Assembly: GCA_008636045.1 (NCBI GenBank)
Contig: SNRW01000003.1
Coordinates: 1 to 56,927 of the forward strand
Direction of reading: 5' to 3'
DNA: 56,927 nt
Source of the DNA: Streblomastix strix
Taxonomy: Eukaryota
This document shows, in pieces, positions 26,701-38,626 of this stretch. The notes under the pieces were generated by a model that worked only from the letters and a program-made list of their open reading frames with translations, had not been told where the DNA came from and searched no databases. Made by a program: the position numbers and the translations under genes. Positions within the stretch are counted from its first letter, which is position 1. The number at the start of each line of letters is the position of its first letter.

Positions 26701-27900
26701 ATTTATCTTCCTTATTGATTGATTTACCAAAATAAGTATTAACTTTACGCTCTACTGTTTTAAAATCATATGTAATGTAATACTATGTAGGTTTAAACTA
26801 TTGAGTTGCATTGTTCGCTAATAGATACGCATAAGTTTCATTTCGTTAGATATGAGGTCAAAATGGAATGGTTATTCATCTAGTTTTACCTTCCTAATTA
26901 TTTTACCATTATTAATCTTACATTAATTAACATGGTTTTCATAGTTTCTACTGAAGTTATTATCCTTAGGGTCAAATGATTATTAATAACAGAGTGGACA
27001 GTATTATTATCTCGTTAATCCATCTGTATTAGTTATATAGAATACATGATAAATGTCTTGATTTTCATTGGTATCTGAAACTAGTAGATTGTTAAATGAT
27101 GGAATATTTTCAACCGTTGGTTCATCTTATTAAAATTCAGAGTTTTCTTCTATGCTAATGATCTTAATCTTATTGTATTATTTTCTCTCACCTAAGTAAT
27201 AGAATTTATCATCATTATCGTAATAGAATATATTAACATTAATCATCTTCTTAATAATGAATTTATTTAACTCGTCAACTACATCAAATCCTTTATAATC
27301 AGTGATGAATGTATCGTATTACTTCTTTGTTAGATTATAGAATTAACGCATTTATTTTTTTGCTTCACATCTAATTTGATTTGGTGAAACTTTGCCTTAT
27401 AATAACCATTTAGCATATGTTAGCCAAAAGCAATCATTCAAATCACTAATTTGATAGAATAGTTATTGCTTATGAGAATTAAAATGCTTGTCAATTAGCT
27501 CTTTCATACATAAACCAGCTAATGGAAATCGACTAACTCTCACCATCATTGAATATATGCCAATGTATCTATATTTAGTTGATTCAGTTATTTGAAAGTC
27601 TTACATCTCAACTATACAGCTTTTAATGTATAATTTATACTTTGTTATTGTCTCTTAATTTGTTATCATAGCAGGAGCATATTATTGTATGTTTTTATCT
27701 AACAAAGGTTAATGATCATAGACAAAGTTACCGTAAGCAAACTCTTCGCTAATTGTACCGAATAAAAATTGAATCTTAAACGCTCTTCAATTATTCTCTT
27801 CATATACTGTGTCAATTAAATCATTTATATTACTTAGTTATACTGGGTCAGTTCCGATGGTATCATTAATGCGTAACAAACAGGATAACTGAAGATGAAT
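23780..27900 (-). pseudogene. Protein-primed family B DNA polymerase (pPolB) copy 1, 5'-truncated and frameshifted
   Basis: Exonuclease motifs YITYDFKT, IIGFNSSRFD and YNELDT; ITGGLSNV; motif A DxNSLYPS-like; KMILNASYGSDG; GDTDSAYWAISG; ALAPKNY; KNALTG. Colinear with copy 2. Confidence 0.9.
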
Positions 27901-28249
27901 ATAATTCAATATATATATAATTTGAACTGTATATATTAATTTAACAGTAACTAATTTTCAAAATAACAAAAATAAAACTATTTACAAAGAAAATATAAAA
28001 TTAACAATTTTTTATATCTTTAAGAAATCAAAATTTTAAATAGAAATTTAATTTTAGCTTAAATTATTTATGACGAATTAAATTCTTAGAAGCAATGTAG
28101 GAATAATTGTTAAATAATTTCCCTAAAAAGTATGTATAGACATTGTAATTTATGAATTGTTTAATTTGCAAAATTTAGTTCCATTATTTTTGTTACAACT
28201 AAAGCTAAAAATAATGCTACCATAGGAATTGACCCACTATCTCATTATT

Positions 28250-28759
28250 ATAGTATGTTGATGATACATCGTCATGAACTTAGACTATCTCTTCAGTATT
28301 ATATCCCTATCTTGTTCTTACAATTGCTTCTCTACAATCTTATTATTCCAATAGTTATGTGAACAATAAACACTTAAAGTAATCAAAGTTATAATCATCC
28401 TCTCTAACAGTTATGTCCTTGTGTAAGTCTATCTTCTATTATAATTCATCAATTTCAAATTAGGTAAAATTTTATAGTCTAACGATTTTTTATCTAGTCT
28501 CATTGAAGTTAGTTGCTTTAATTATCTATTTCTAATATTTTAGTAAGTCTTCCATTATTACTTGATCTTGTAATTGATCTATCTATTTTTCGACTACAAA
28601 CGATATAACCTTAGTGTAGCTAGTTCTTCCACCTCTACTAGGAAATTCCAATTCGTTCAGTAATTAGGTCTTTCTAGTTTTGAGTTATTTAACTGTGCCA
28701 CTAGTGGATAAACTAAATACTTTCAATATGGACTATAATTGTGCTTTGGTTAATGCCAT
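28250..28759 (-). pseudogene. Small ORF with N-terminal SAP-like DNA-binding motif, frameshifted
   Basis: MALTKAQLQSILKVFSLSTSGTVKQLKTR resembles the SAP consensus (L..L...L...GL..SG.K..L..R). Confidence 0.5.
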
Positions 28760-28999
28760 TTATAACGTAAATAAAAAAACGATAAAAAATAATTACCCTG
28801 AGATATATAAACAATTAATGATATTAAACTATTGCAGATGATTATTTTTATGAATTATTTCATGTCAAAAATAAAAGCGTCAAAGAGTAGTAGTACTTTA
28901 AGAGTTTCGTAAATTCGATGAATTAGTGATATGAGTTAACCGCAGGGGAGTACTTTAGTATAAACTTAAAAAATAATGAAAATCAATTTTTTAGAATGA

Positions 29000-29564
29000 T
29001 GTTTTATCTTTGTATTTACAATGTATTGATGCATATGGTTATCTGCCTTGGATAATATGATGATTAACCCTATGATTTGTGAAGGCCGTTATTTTTAAAA
29101 AATCAATGTTATTATAGATATTTATACCGTTGATTTTGTGGATTGCATGAGGCGGGTAGATTTGTGCTATTATCCATATGATTTTGAAAATGGTGCCAAT
29201 TTCTTCAATATTATCTTCTTGTATATTCTATATTCATATTTGAAGATTTATTTTTAGAGTTATTTCTATGCGAAATCCATCTCAAATTTTCAATATGATA
29301 ATCAGACTTGTCGCGATTCACATGATCAACTTCGTTCAGATTATCGGGATTATCAATGAAGTTTTATGCTATAAGTCTATGAAGTCTATATTTTTTTCTA
29401 TTAAGGTACACGCATTAATATTCAGAAACATTTTCTATAAATATATTTGGTTAAAATTAATTATCAATTCGTCGAATCTGATGTAGATAAGTATCATTGA
29501 TTTCAAACTCATTATCTGCAAATAACGGAACGAATTAACCTATCTCATTTGCTTCTGTTGTCAT
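29000..29564 (-). CDS. Free-standing HNH (HNH_3/NUMOD4-type) endonuclease; 3' end uncertain
   Basis: ATG 29564; YRLHRLIAQNFIDNPDNLNEVDHVNRDKSDYHIENLRWISHRNNSKN. Confidence 0.85.
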
Positions 29565-29603
29565 TTCTGTTGGAATAAAAAAATAAATAAGTTTGTAAAT
29601 AAA

Positions 29604-32600
29604 TCATTTAATAAAATATCTATCTGCACTGATATTACTGATAAAAGGAAAACAGGACTGATTCGATAATACTATCATTTTAGTATGAGATCCCGTGATC
29701 GCGTTTCTACTCTTCTGAAGTCGCGACATAATGCCATTCATCTATGCTAGTGTTGTGTTTACCGCAGTAGTTACTGTTCCATTATTAATGCAGTCCACAA
29801 ATGTTTATTCATTAATCTATGAATTTTGATTCAACATCACTCATTTCAAAACAATCTCATTATTAATAATATAATTTTTAGGTGATAGAGCAATGTAATT
29901 ATAACCATATTTTTCCACGCCAATATGAAGTACTTATTTCTTTCCATCCTCTGAAAACACACAATCCTTATAAGTGTCAAAGAACCCCTAGTCTTTGACG
30001 ACTTCTTCAAATAACTGTTCTGGACCTCTATTTGGATTATCACTAATTGCCCATGTCAGACTATCTGTATCACATTAAACAAAGTGCATCCTACTCATGT
30101 CGTACGCTTTATACATAAAATTATATATGAAATTAACGTACCAAAATTTCGCAGAATCAAGTACGAAGTAAGCAACTTATAAACGTGTATTGCATCTGCA
30201 CGATTCCTTATCCACCTGCACTACATATAAGTCATCATTTAATTCAGTCGAATGAATGAATTCACCCATCATGTGTTGAACAAATGTCTTATTTGCAGAG
30301 AGTAATCTTGTATTAGAATATTTTTCACTATTAAGTGCATCTCCTCCAAATGCTGAATTCAATATCAACTTACAGAATTATCCCAATCCTTCATTTTTTG
30401 CATCTTTCGCTTACTATCGAAGATTCATAAATTCTTTCACAAATGAGTTGAAATTAATGTGTTTCGTAAATGTGGTAACACTAATTATCTCATCATTTAC
30501 AAGATGGCATGTATCATTCAATAGCCATAAGTAATAGTTATTGAGTGACATTACTTCATTATTTGTATCGATTAAATTCGTTAATTTTCGTTCAGTTTTA
30601 TCATGCTGGTGTTAGTGATTGACTAGATGATTATTCATAAATTCTCCAATTGTCTCTATATTAGTTGTGATATCAATATTTCTTAGAATTGGACCCCAAT
30701 TAAGCACTTCATTAATGAATCTTTCATCAGTGTGACCTTTAATCTCAGCAACAAATATTAACATTTTATCAACCACTAATGGATCATTAGCGAATCTGTT
30801 AGTGTTATATATTAATGCTTTATATCGATCTTAATCGGTAATCTTTTCAATAAGTTATGCAGGCATGTATATTATGTGATTAGTATATGGATTTAACGCA
30901 TTCGGTTAACCGCTCATAACACTTAGATATTAACTATGAAAATCTAACTAAACTAAATGAGTCATCACATAATCTGAATCTATTGAACACACACACTTAT
31001 TTTCTTAATCAAATTCGAAATGATTAATTCTCGTTTCTCTTACAATATTGTATCGATGCATCACATTTGATATACCTCCAGTGATTCCTTTACGTAATAA
31101 TTGATATCCTTCATCACTCGTTAATGTCATAGGTAATTGTTTAAATAACGCATATTTCCTTAGCTGAATCATTAGTTTCATCTGGTTTTCATCACGATTA
31201 GCTTTAAATACATTGCGGTATAAACAGCATGGAATCACATTATCTTTTGAATGACATTTACCATTATCTATTCTATCTAATGTAGGTCTATTTTTCCATG
31301 TAAATCGTGCATTACACATATGAAATCGTTAATTCTTGAATAATTCTTTAAAATAACTATAATCATCAGTCGTTACATTATTGCTTGAATCTCTGTTTTT
31401 TTTATTATCTTATTCAATATAACTATCCACTTTCGATTTCCAATAACACTATGTAATTTTGATTGAATTATCAGTGCTTTCAAAATTATAATCCCCATTG
31501 ATATCAAAACCATTATATGCCATAGAATATTTGATTGTATTAGACCATTGTGACAGATATATTGGCTAACATGTCCACTTTATATTTAAACATTAATTCA
31601 ATCAAGTAATCTATAGGTTCAATAAGAACTCTAGTATCGAGTATATTATAATGCTTCAATTAGTCCTATCTGTTCACGAACTAATTAGCTTCGACTAGGT
31701 AGTCATTGTACTTAACTTCACTAAGCTTCTTATTTCGTAATTTGTTATCAAATGTTTCGATCGGAAATGGTTCACTTTTATTCAATTCATTCATGTAATT
31801 ATTAGTGTTTATGAATTCATAGGGAAATCTACCTTTTTTATAAGTTCCATTTCCAAAATCCCTTACAGCATCCTTTAATTTATTTTTCATAGAAAAGATC
31901 TTAAAATCAACGAATCTCAATTGAATTCTTGAAAAATAATGCTTGACAATTATCTATTTTGCGATTGTACTTGATCCCAAGTACTTCGAGATAGTCCAAA
32001 CCTTTGACTTCAAATTCTTAAACAACACTGACGCATCAAATTTAGCTGAATTGAATCCTATTACTGGTACTCCATAATATTATGGAATTGTTTTATCTAT
32101 ATATTTATTATCTTTCTTAACTTATTTAGCTTCTTCGAATAACTACTCTAACCACTTATCTAAGAAATTCTCTGTTCGAATATCGTAATAAAATGAATGG
32201 ACACCACTAGCTAATTTGACAGTTGATGCAATAGCGTATGGAATTAGAGTTGCAGTAACTTATGAACTATCACTGAATTTTTCATTAACTTTCTTTTCTA
32301 ATGTTTCAATATCATAAGTTATGTAGTATCTTGTAGGTTTGAACAAATGAGTTAAATTATTCGCTAATAGATACTTATAAGTCTTGTTAGATAAAATATG
32401 AGGTACAAATTGTTTTGCAAACTTTTCTAAGATGACTTTCTTCACTATTTTTCCACCATTCTTTTGACATTTTTTTTTCATATGATTTCTCATTGATTAT
32501 TATAGATTTGGATCACCTATTCGGAATGCTTATTTATGACATATATTACAATAGCGGAATCCAGTTAGTGCTTCAACTTCAGATATATACATAATATGTG

Positions 32601-34107
32601 CATTAATTCCATCATTAATGAATAAGATATTGAACTGTTTGTCTGAACCATTAACGAGATAATTTTATGTCAGTTCATATTGTGGAGGATCACTTTCATA
32701 GGTATACATGTGCACATTAACCTATTCTTTATTAATGAAGTTATCAATGTCTCCTACGAAATCGAATCTTTAATAATTATCTCGAAACTCCACTCCATTA
32801 ACTTTTTGAAATATACGCTTAGCTTCAGCGATTCTAGAATAATCTTTCCATCGTTTATCTTTTGTATTAGGTATTGTGATGAATGAATACGCTGTCCAGA
32901 AGCATTGATTCACTTTACAATCAACATAATAAATTTCTCTTCGTTTAATATGCTACTTTAATGATGGAATAGCTGCTCCTGCTAATGAATATCGAAAAAT
33001 AAAAAGCATTGCTGAGAAAATTGATACTATTTTTTCATGAGTATCTGTATTAGTTCTCTCTTATATGCTTCCTATAACTATTCGAAGATATTACTTGTAC
33101 TTATTAATGTTATCTCTAGATCTCATCTCTAGTGGTGCTCTTCTTTCTGAATTTGCATCTACTGGAAGCATATATTTGTATTTAATTGTTTAATCTTCAT
33201 TATTACCATCAACACGTTCAATTAGCACACCAAAATCAACAGCAAGTTTAAACATATTACCTTTTTCTTTATCATATACGGAGTCTACGTATTTATCTAA
33301 ATCGGCTAATGAAGCAATATTACTATAATATTATTTAGTTGGTTTGATTTAATTAATTGATGATAAATTATATGATTTATATGAAAAAGTACCTGTTTCT
33401 TTATTGTATCGATTTAATGCAATGTTCTTAATCCTATTGAATTACGCTTCATTCTATATGTCACATAGTATTATCACATCATTATCTGTATTTAGATGAT
33501 GATACACATATTTTTCATGAGTTTTAATGTAATCGCTAATTCCTTATTAGTCTGTTTCGAATAGTATTTCGATGTTCATATCCTTCATATTATAAAATTC
33601 ATCTAACAATTATGCTTATCTTGCCTATCTATCTCCATCTTATTTCCTCCTGCATTCCTCTATCTCTTATGCTCTTAATTAATGCTGCTATTATCTATAT
33701 CGTTCTGGATCGAATATACCCTTTTCATCTAATAGTTCTGGATCAAACTCTTCTCTTAATTCTTTTATATCTAATTCACGATATTTTTATAATTATTCTT
33801 ATTCTCTTTGTAACTATTATTCTCGTGTTAACCGTTATTATACCCGTTAATTGAACCATTTTCGAACACTATTTTATATAACAGTTGCAGCATTGGATTG
33901 TTTCATATAGGTATTACGTGAAACTACTGCATTAATCGCTTATTCCACAGCATTAACGTTATTACTTTAGCCATAGAATCCGTTCTTTGACAATATTGAA
34001 CTTAAATTTGATCACTTTTATTTAATATTCACATTCATGTTTGTGTTTGGATCGTATAATTAGAGGAGCCGATTAACGTCTTCAATTGATATCTTTGTTC
34101 TAGTCAT
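29604..34107 (-). pseudogene. pPolB copy 2, full length (~1500 codons incl. N-terminal terminal-protein-like region), lightly disrupted
   Basis: ATG 34107; CNIC...HMKKKC zinc finger; YITYDIET; VIGFNSAKFD; KGRFPYE; ITGGISNV; KLILNSAFGGD; CDTDSLTWAIS; ALSPKNY; stop at 29604. In-frame TGAs near 34012 and 29846 and a disruption near 31570. Confidence 0.92.
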
Positions 34108-34149
34108 TTTGTTAATTCAAAAATAATATTATCATAGCATTGTTCATTC

Positions 34150-35440
34150 TCAATCAACTTCCATTCTTCCCGCTTATTTTCTTTTAGCTTATGCAATTGC
34201 ATTAGGTGCTACTTATTAATATACTTAATCCATAATTCTTACGAACGCATCTTCATCTTCTGCAATCTTAGCGAAATATAAACTAATAATTTATTTCTTG
34301 AAATGATTTGCGGCTTATTTTAATATTGCATCACTAGCTTCAGCCCAATCATATACTGGGTCTATTTCTTCTATTAATCCTCTCTATGTCTCTTTCCATG
34401 TTGCAGATGCTGCAGTCATGTACTCTCCCTTACCCCATTTTTCTATTTGATTAGTGCCTTTATATTCGTTTGCAATGGTTGGGACATAAGTAGCTAAGAA
34501 ATGATTTCTTGGAACTAATTATTAGAATTATTTCAAGTTATAAGTGCCATCTTTATGTTGTGCTCCATATGGAACTTCCTTACCTTACATAAAATCAAAG
34601 AATTTAGTATTTTTACGTTGATCTTTTGCTACTTAACCGATATATTATTCTCGATATTTATCATATTTACTTTCGTCTTTTTGGTATATATCCGCCCATA
34701 GAATTTAATTTTCCTTTATTCGTATAAACGGTAGCGAATTCAGGTAGTGGACCTTCACCATCTGGATCAGCCATCTACATAGTATATCCTTGCATACTTT
34801 TATGGGAAGCAATGTATCGTTCTCCTGATGGTATTGTTCTGAATTCTTAATTATATTTTATATCTATATGAAGGTTTTGTTTAACATTCAATATTCCGAT
34901 TAATGATTGCAGTTATTTTGCGTTAAGTCTTGTTGCACGCGTAATTCTACCTTATGCAAGCTTCTATAATCTAGCAGCTTTCTTATTACGTTTTTCTTCG
35001 GATAATGAAGCTTAATTTTTCTCTATCCATTTTGAGAAACTCGATTGTTATACTTAAGCCATGTTTTGGTTTTAGATAAAAGTTGGGATTTGTATTTATT
35101 CTATCGCTTATTCTCTTGGTTATTATGTTCGTTATTATGTTGATTATAATTATACTAGTGGATTTTAAGTAATCGTTTAATGTTAACTAGCAATATAAGT
35201 TTCCAAAGGATTATTAGTAATCAATTATGTTGAATTCTAATATTTTTATTATATTTTTCGAAATGCAATAACTGTTTGATTCAATATTTCTAATTCTTCT
35301 GCTTTACTTTTACGACCTTTGTGTTTATGTTAATTTTGTACACGATCCTACGCATTACGTAACTCATTAATGAATTCACTATTAGCTCGAGCAATTGTTC
35401 TGATATCTCCAATTTCAGAATTTAACTCTTCTGCGCTCAT
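34150..35440 (-). CDS. Viral hypothetical protein (~430 codons, one apparent frameshift; may be two genes with a second ATG at 35062)
   Basis: ATG 35440 is in frame with ATG 35062 (MAQVQQSSFSKW...). Basic composition; ends ...MEVD* at 34150. Confidence 0.55.
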
Positions 35441-35491
35441 TTGTTAAAAAGAAAACGTTCATAACCGATTGAAATAATTAATAGCAAACAA

Positions 35492-36301
35492 ATGTCCTTG
35501 ACAGCATATGTAGATCAATTGCTTAGTAAATAGAAAACTAATAAACATGAAGTATAATCAATGATTCATAAAGAACTAAATTTCTCATATAATTCTATCA
35601 ATCTGCTCATAGGATAACGTGGAAGCGGTAAGTCATATAATGTATTTAAAGATATAATCAAATTGAACTAATTACATAATAAATGTTACACTCTATTCAT
35701 ATATGTTACTGATAGCAATAATGATATAACTGATAAGAAAATGAAAGACTTGATCCCTATCCCAACTAAGATAGTTCCATATGCAGAAGTGAGTGAAGCA
35801 TTAGATGAATTGATTGAATGTAGACAAGCTTATGATGAAGTTATTGAAAAGAAATTAGAAAAATAAATGAATGATGAATCTAAAAAAGATATATTATCTC
35901 ACGTAGGAACAAAGGACTTTGCTATCAAATTTCCACATACAATAGTGCTATTCGATGATGCAATGAGTATCTTCAAGAATAAAAACAATCCATTATACAA
36001 GAAATTATTCAAAAATAGATAGCCCAGAATCACTTACTTCCTATGCTTGTAAGACATAATTGGTTTAGACGCTAGTACTAAATCTAATGTGGATACAGTA
36101 TACTTTTTCGGTGGATTCAATAGATAAAAATTCAATTTTTTCTTCTATTATTCAAGCATTCCGTTAGATAAAGAAACGTTATGGAATGAATAAGTGTAGT
36201 TAGGCAAACGTGAAGCATTATTGGTATAGTATAATAATGATGGAACAATGGTGCGAGTAATACGATCAATGAACGTACTCATCATCTTAGTAAGAAATTG
36301 A
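35492..36301 (+). CDS. A32-like (FtsK-HerA superfamily) DNA packaging ATPase, apparently intact
   Basis: Walker A LIGQRGSGKS, Walker B IVLFDD, arginine-finger/Gln region KNRQPRITYFLCLQD. 270 codons in code 6. Confidence 0.88.
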
Positions 36302-36680
36302 TTGTTATTTTTATTCAAAGAAGCTAACTAAATACGTTAATTTGTCATTAATATCATTGATTTATTCTTATAGAGTAGCAAGTTCAATTTGTTCAGATTA
36401 CTTATGTTTTGCTTACTTCAACGCTATTTATTCATTCTATTTTGTGAAGATATATTCACCTATTTTATATTGTTTATTTAATTTTATAGTTGGCATCTTA
36501 TCAATACATTCTTTATTAGCTGCATAATATTAATGGAATTCATCAGTCGAATCAAACGTTAACGGTTGTACTTCAGTTTTATTGATTATTTTTAGTTCAG
36601 GTAATGGTTATATTTTATCTTAAGATTTATTGTTCTTAACTAGCTTACTATCGAATAGTATACGAGACGTTTCAATTAAA
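36267..36680 (-). CDS. Conserved viral hypothetical protein (paralog of 54239-54636)
   Basis: SRILFD...PLTFDSTDEFHQYYAANKECIDKMPTIKLNKQYKI aligns with NRIIFD...PIVFENVMEFKQYLALNKGEMEKMSTLKLNMQYKI. Confidence 0.65.
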
Positions 36681-36699
36681 CAAAAATAAAATAGCTATA

Positions 36700-37563
36700 T
36701 ACATCAATGTGCTCTTTCTGTATTAATAATAGCTTATATGATATCAATTATGAAATCTAATTAGTCTTCAGGGAATGTATAATGTGTTGACCATATTTTT
36801 ACATCTTGTCTTGATTATAGAGTTTCTTTAATTTTCTCATAAATTGTCATAGCTATTGGTAAATTATCAACAAAAGTAATGATTCACGACGATATCGTTC
36901 TATTTTTGCGGGATGTAAGTCTTTTTTATTAATTCTTCTGATGCGTATTGTAATATGATCTTCCTACTATTCTTCATGTTATTCATCTTCATTAATCTCT
37001 TCAACTATCAATATATATGTTCTTTCTTTACCATTTGGAACAGCTCTTGGCGCTACTTATCTATATTTTTAATTCAATTCAGTGATTCTATCAGATAATG
37101 TATCAGTAACTGTGTTTATTACACTATGGTATTGATCTGCTATTGCTTATGTTTTATCAGCATCGTGTTTCGCAATGACTGTTTCATTAATTTTATCCAT
37201 TGTTTCTCCTACAGTTGAAACATATTTTGGTGAAGCCCAGATAGCGATATAGTTAACTAATTTAGGATGTACCCAAGTTCCTCTAAATTCAATTTAATAA
37301 GTATCAACTGACTATATAAAAATCTAGGGAGAAATTTTTCTCCCTTGATCTTCACGATGATTTAGAACGAAATGTCCATGATATTCTTACCAGTTTTTTG
37401 ATTTGAATAATGTGTTTAAATAACTACGATTATTGTTCTTAAGTATCATAACTAACTTTGAAGCATTAACATATTGATCTGATTTACGAATTATAATTTC
37501 AATTCCATTATAAGTTGTTTTAATGAATGTTTCTTAACCGTTGCTTTCTAATGTTGACTGCAT
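36700..37563 (-). CDS. KilA-N (APSES-like) DNA-binding protein with coiled-coil and C-terminal domain; frameshifted
   Basis: TYNGIEIIIRKSDQYVNASKL...W...FRGTWVHPKLVNYIAIWASPKY. Frameshift near 37310, just after the central palindrome, and probably another near 36875. Confidence 0.88.
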
Positions 37564-37619
37564 TTTCTGATTAGTAAAAAAAAGTTGGATTAGTAAATGA
37601 AACGAACGATTATTAATCA

Positions 37620-37932
37620 ATTCATAAAAATAATTTATCACATTAGTTCAAAAACTCTAAATATCCTTGATAATGTCATCAACTTCTGCATCATATTGTT
37701 CCATTAATTCTAATCTAGTATCTTCATCACTTTCATTAGCCATAGGATCAACAAAGCTATAAGCTAATCCAACTAATCTATTGATTATATTTTCCTTAAG
37801 TTTTTTAAGTAAGTTCATGCTTCTATTACTCAAATTCTTTGATCTTTTTAGTTTATTGTTAGATTTATAATAATTTTTAGCATTAAACGATAATTGTTTT
37901 CGATTCCATTTGCTTATAATAAAAATATCCAA
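37620..37932 (-). CDS. Small hypothetical protein with acidic C-terminus
   Basis: ORF track 37657-37932 (...NRLVGLAYSFVDPMANESDEDTRLELMEQYDAEVDDIIKDI), extends slightly under code 6. Start uncertain. Confidence 0.5.
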
Positions 37933-37968
37933 ATTACATTTTGATTAATACATAAAAATAATTTATGA

Positions 37969-38192
37969 GGGGTCAGCCGAATTTCGGCCGACTGATTGAA
38001 CTGATAATTTGACTACTAATCTCCATGATAAAAGTTGTTGGGTAAAATTTTACCCCTCAAAATGAACAGATAATTTGAACACAAATCTCCATAGTAAACT
38101 GGGTCCCTATGAATTTCGGACCCACCAAACAATCCTTCAAAAATAAATTCAATTTCGTAAATCAAATTGGGTCCCTTCAAATTGAAGAGACT
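37969..38192. repeat. Array of four different palindromes at ~65-69 bp spacing; the first two linkers are copies of a ~40-bp repeat
   Basis: gtcagccga-att-tcggccgac (37972-37992); gggtaaaattttaccc (38040-38055); gggtcc-ctatgaatttc-ggaccc (38101-38123); gtcccttcaa-a-ttgaagagac (38171-38191). Linkers tgaactgataatttgactactaatctccatgataaa and tgaacagataatttgaacacaaatctccatagtaaa. Confidence 0.85.
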
Positions 38193-38201
38193 AGTTCACA
38201 A

Positions 38202-38594
38202 TCAATATTGAAGTATTAATTCAAGAATAAATTTTATATCTATTTATGATACATTCTAATTCATATTATTTTTGAACCAAATCAATATACTTGACTAATA
38301 ATTCATTTATTAAAATTCATTAATCGTTTTTGTTTCATTACAGAAATCTACAAAACTATCATAATATTATTCTTCTTATACTAATGTTGAATGAATAGAA
38401 ACTATATCAGGAGTATTAAAAATCTTACATTATTTGAATGTTATTTTTCGCTAATTATTTGAATTAACAAAATCATAAGGTAACTATACTTTAAACTTTC
38501 CGTCATTATACGTACAATCATCTTACATTATTACGAAGCGCTTCACATTCTGAGCTGAAGTCATATCATTAATTATTGCACGATTATATGTCAT
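38202..38594 (-). CDS. Putative minor capsid (penton, single jelly-roll) protein, copy 1; frameshifted
   Basis: Directly downstream of the MCP. LPYDFVNS...HSTLVQEEQYYD...ILIWFKN...KFILELILQY* is homologous to 53743-54176. Small and beta-rich, with a C-terminus typical of Polinton minor capsids. Confidence 0.55.
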
Positions 38595-38626
38595 TTCCTA
38601 TAAGCAAAAATAATATTCTATCAATA

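Noticed and set aside
28886..28897. agtagtagtact as the left terminus of element 2
   Set aside because: Only the AGT microsatellite matches; the following sequence does not match the 51363-51387 terminal repeat. Possible but unsupported.
29846..29848. TGA recoded as a sense codon (Trp/Sec/readthrough) in viral genes
   Set aside because: In-frame TGAs replace different residues (Gly, Arg) and co-occur with frameshifts, while TGA ends the intact genes. This indicates decay.
37969..38192. Palindrome array as a true CRISPR
   Set aside because: The palindromes are the variable parts rather than the repeats, only two linkers are homologous, and there are no cas genes. Kept as a different kind of array.
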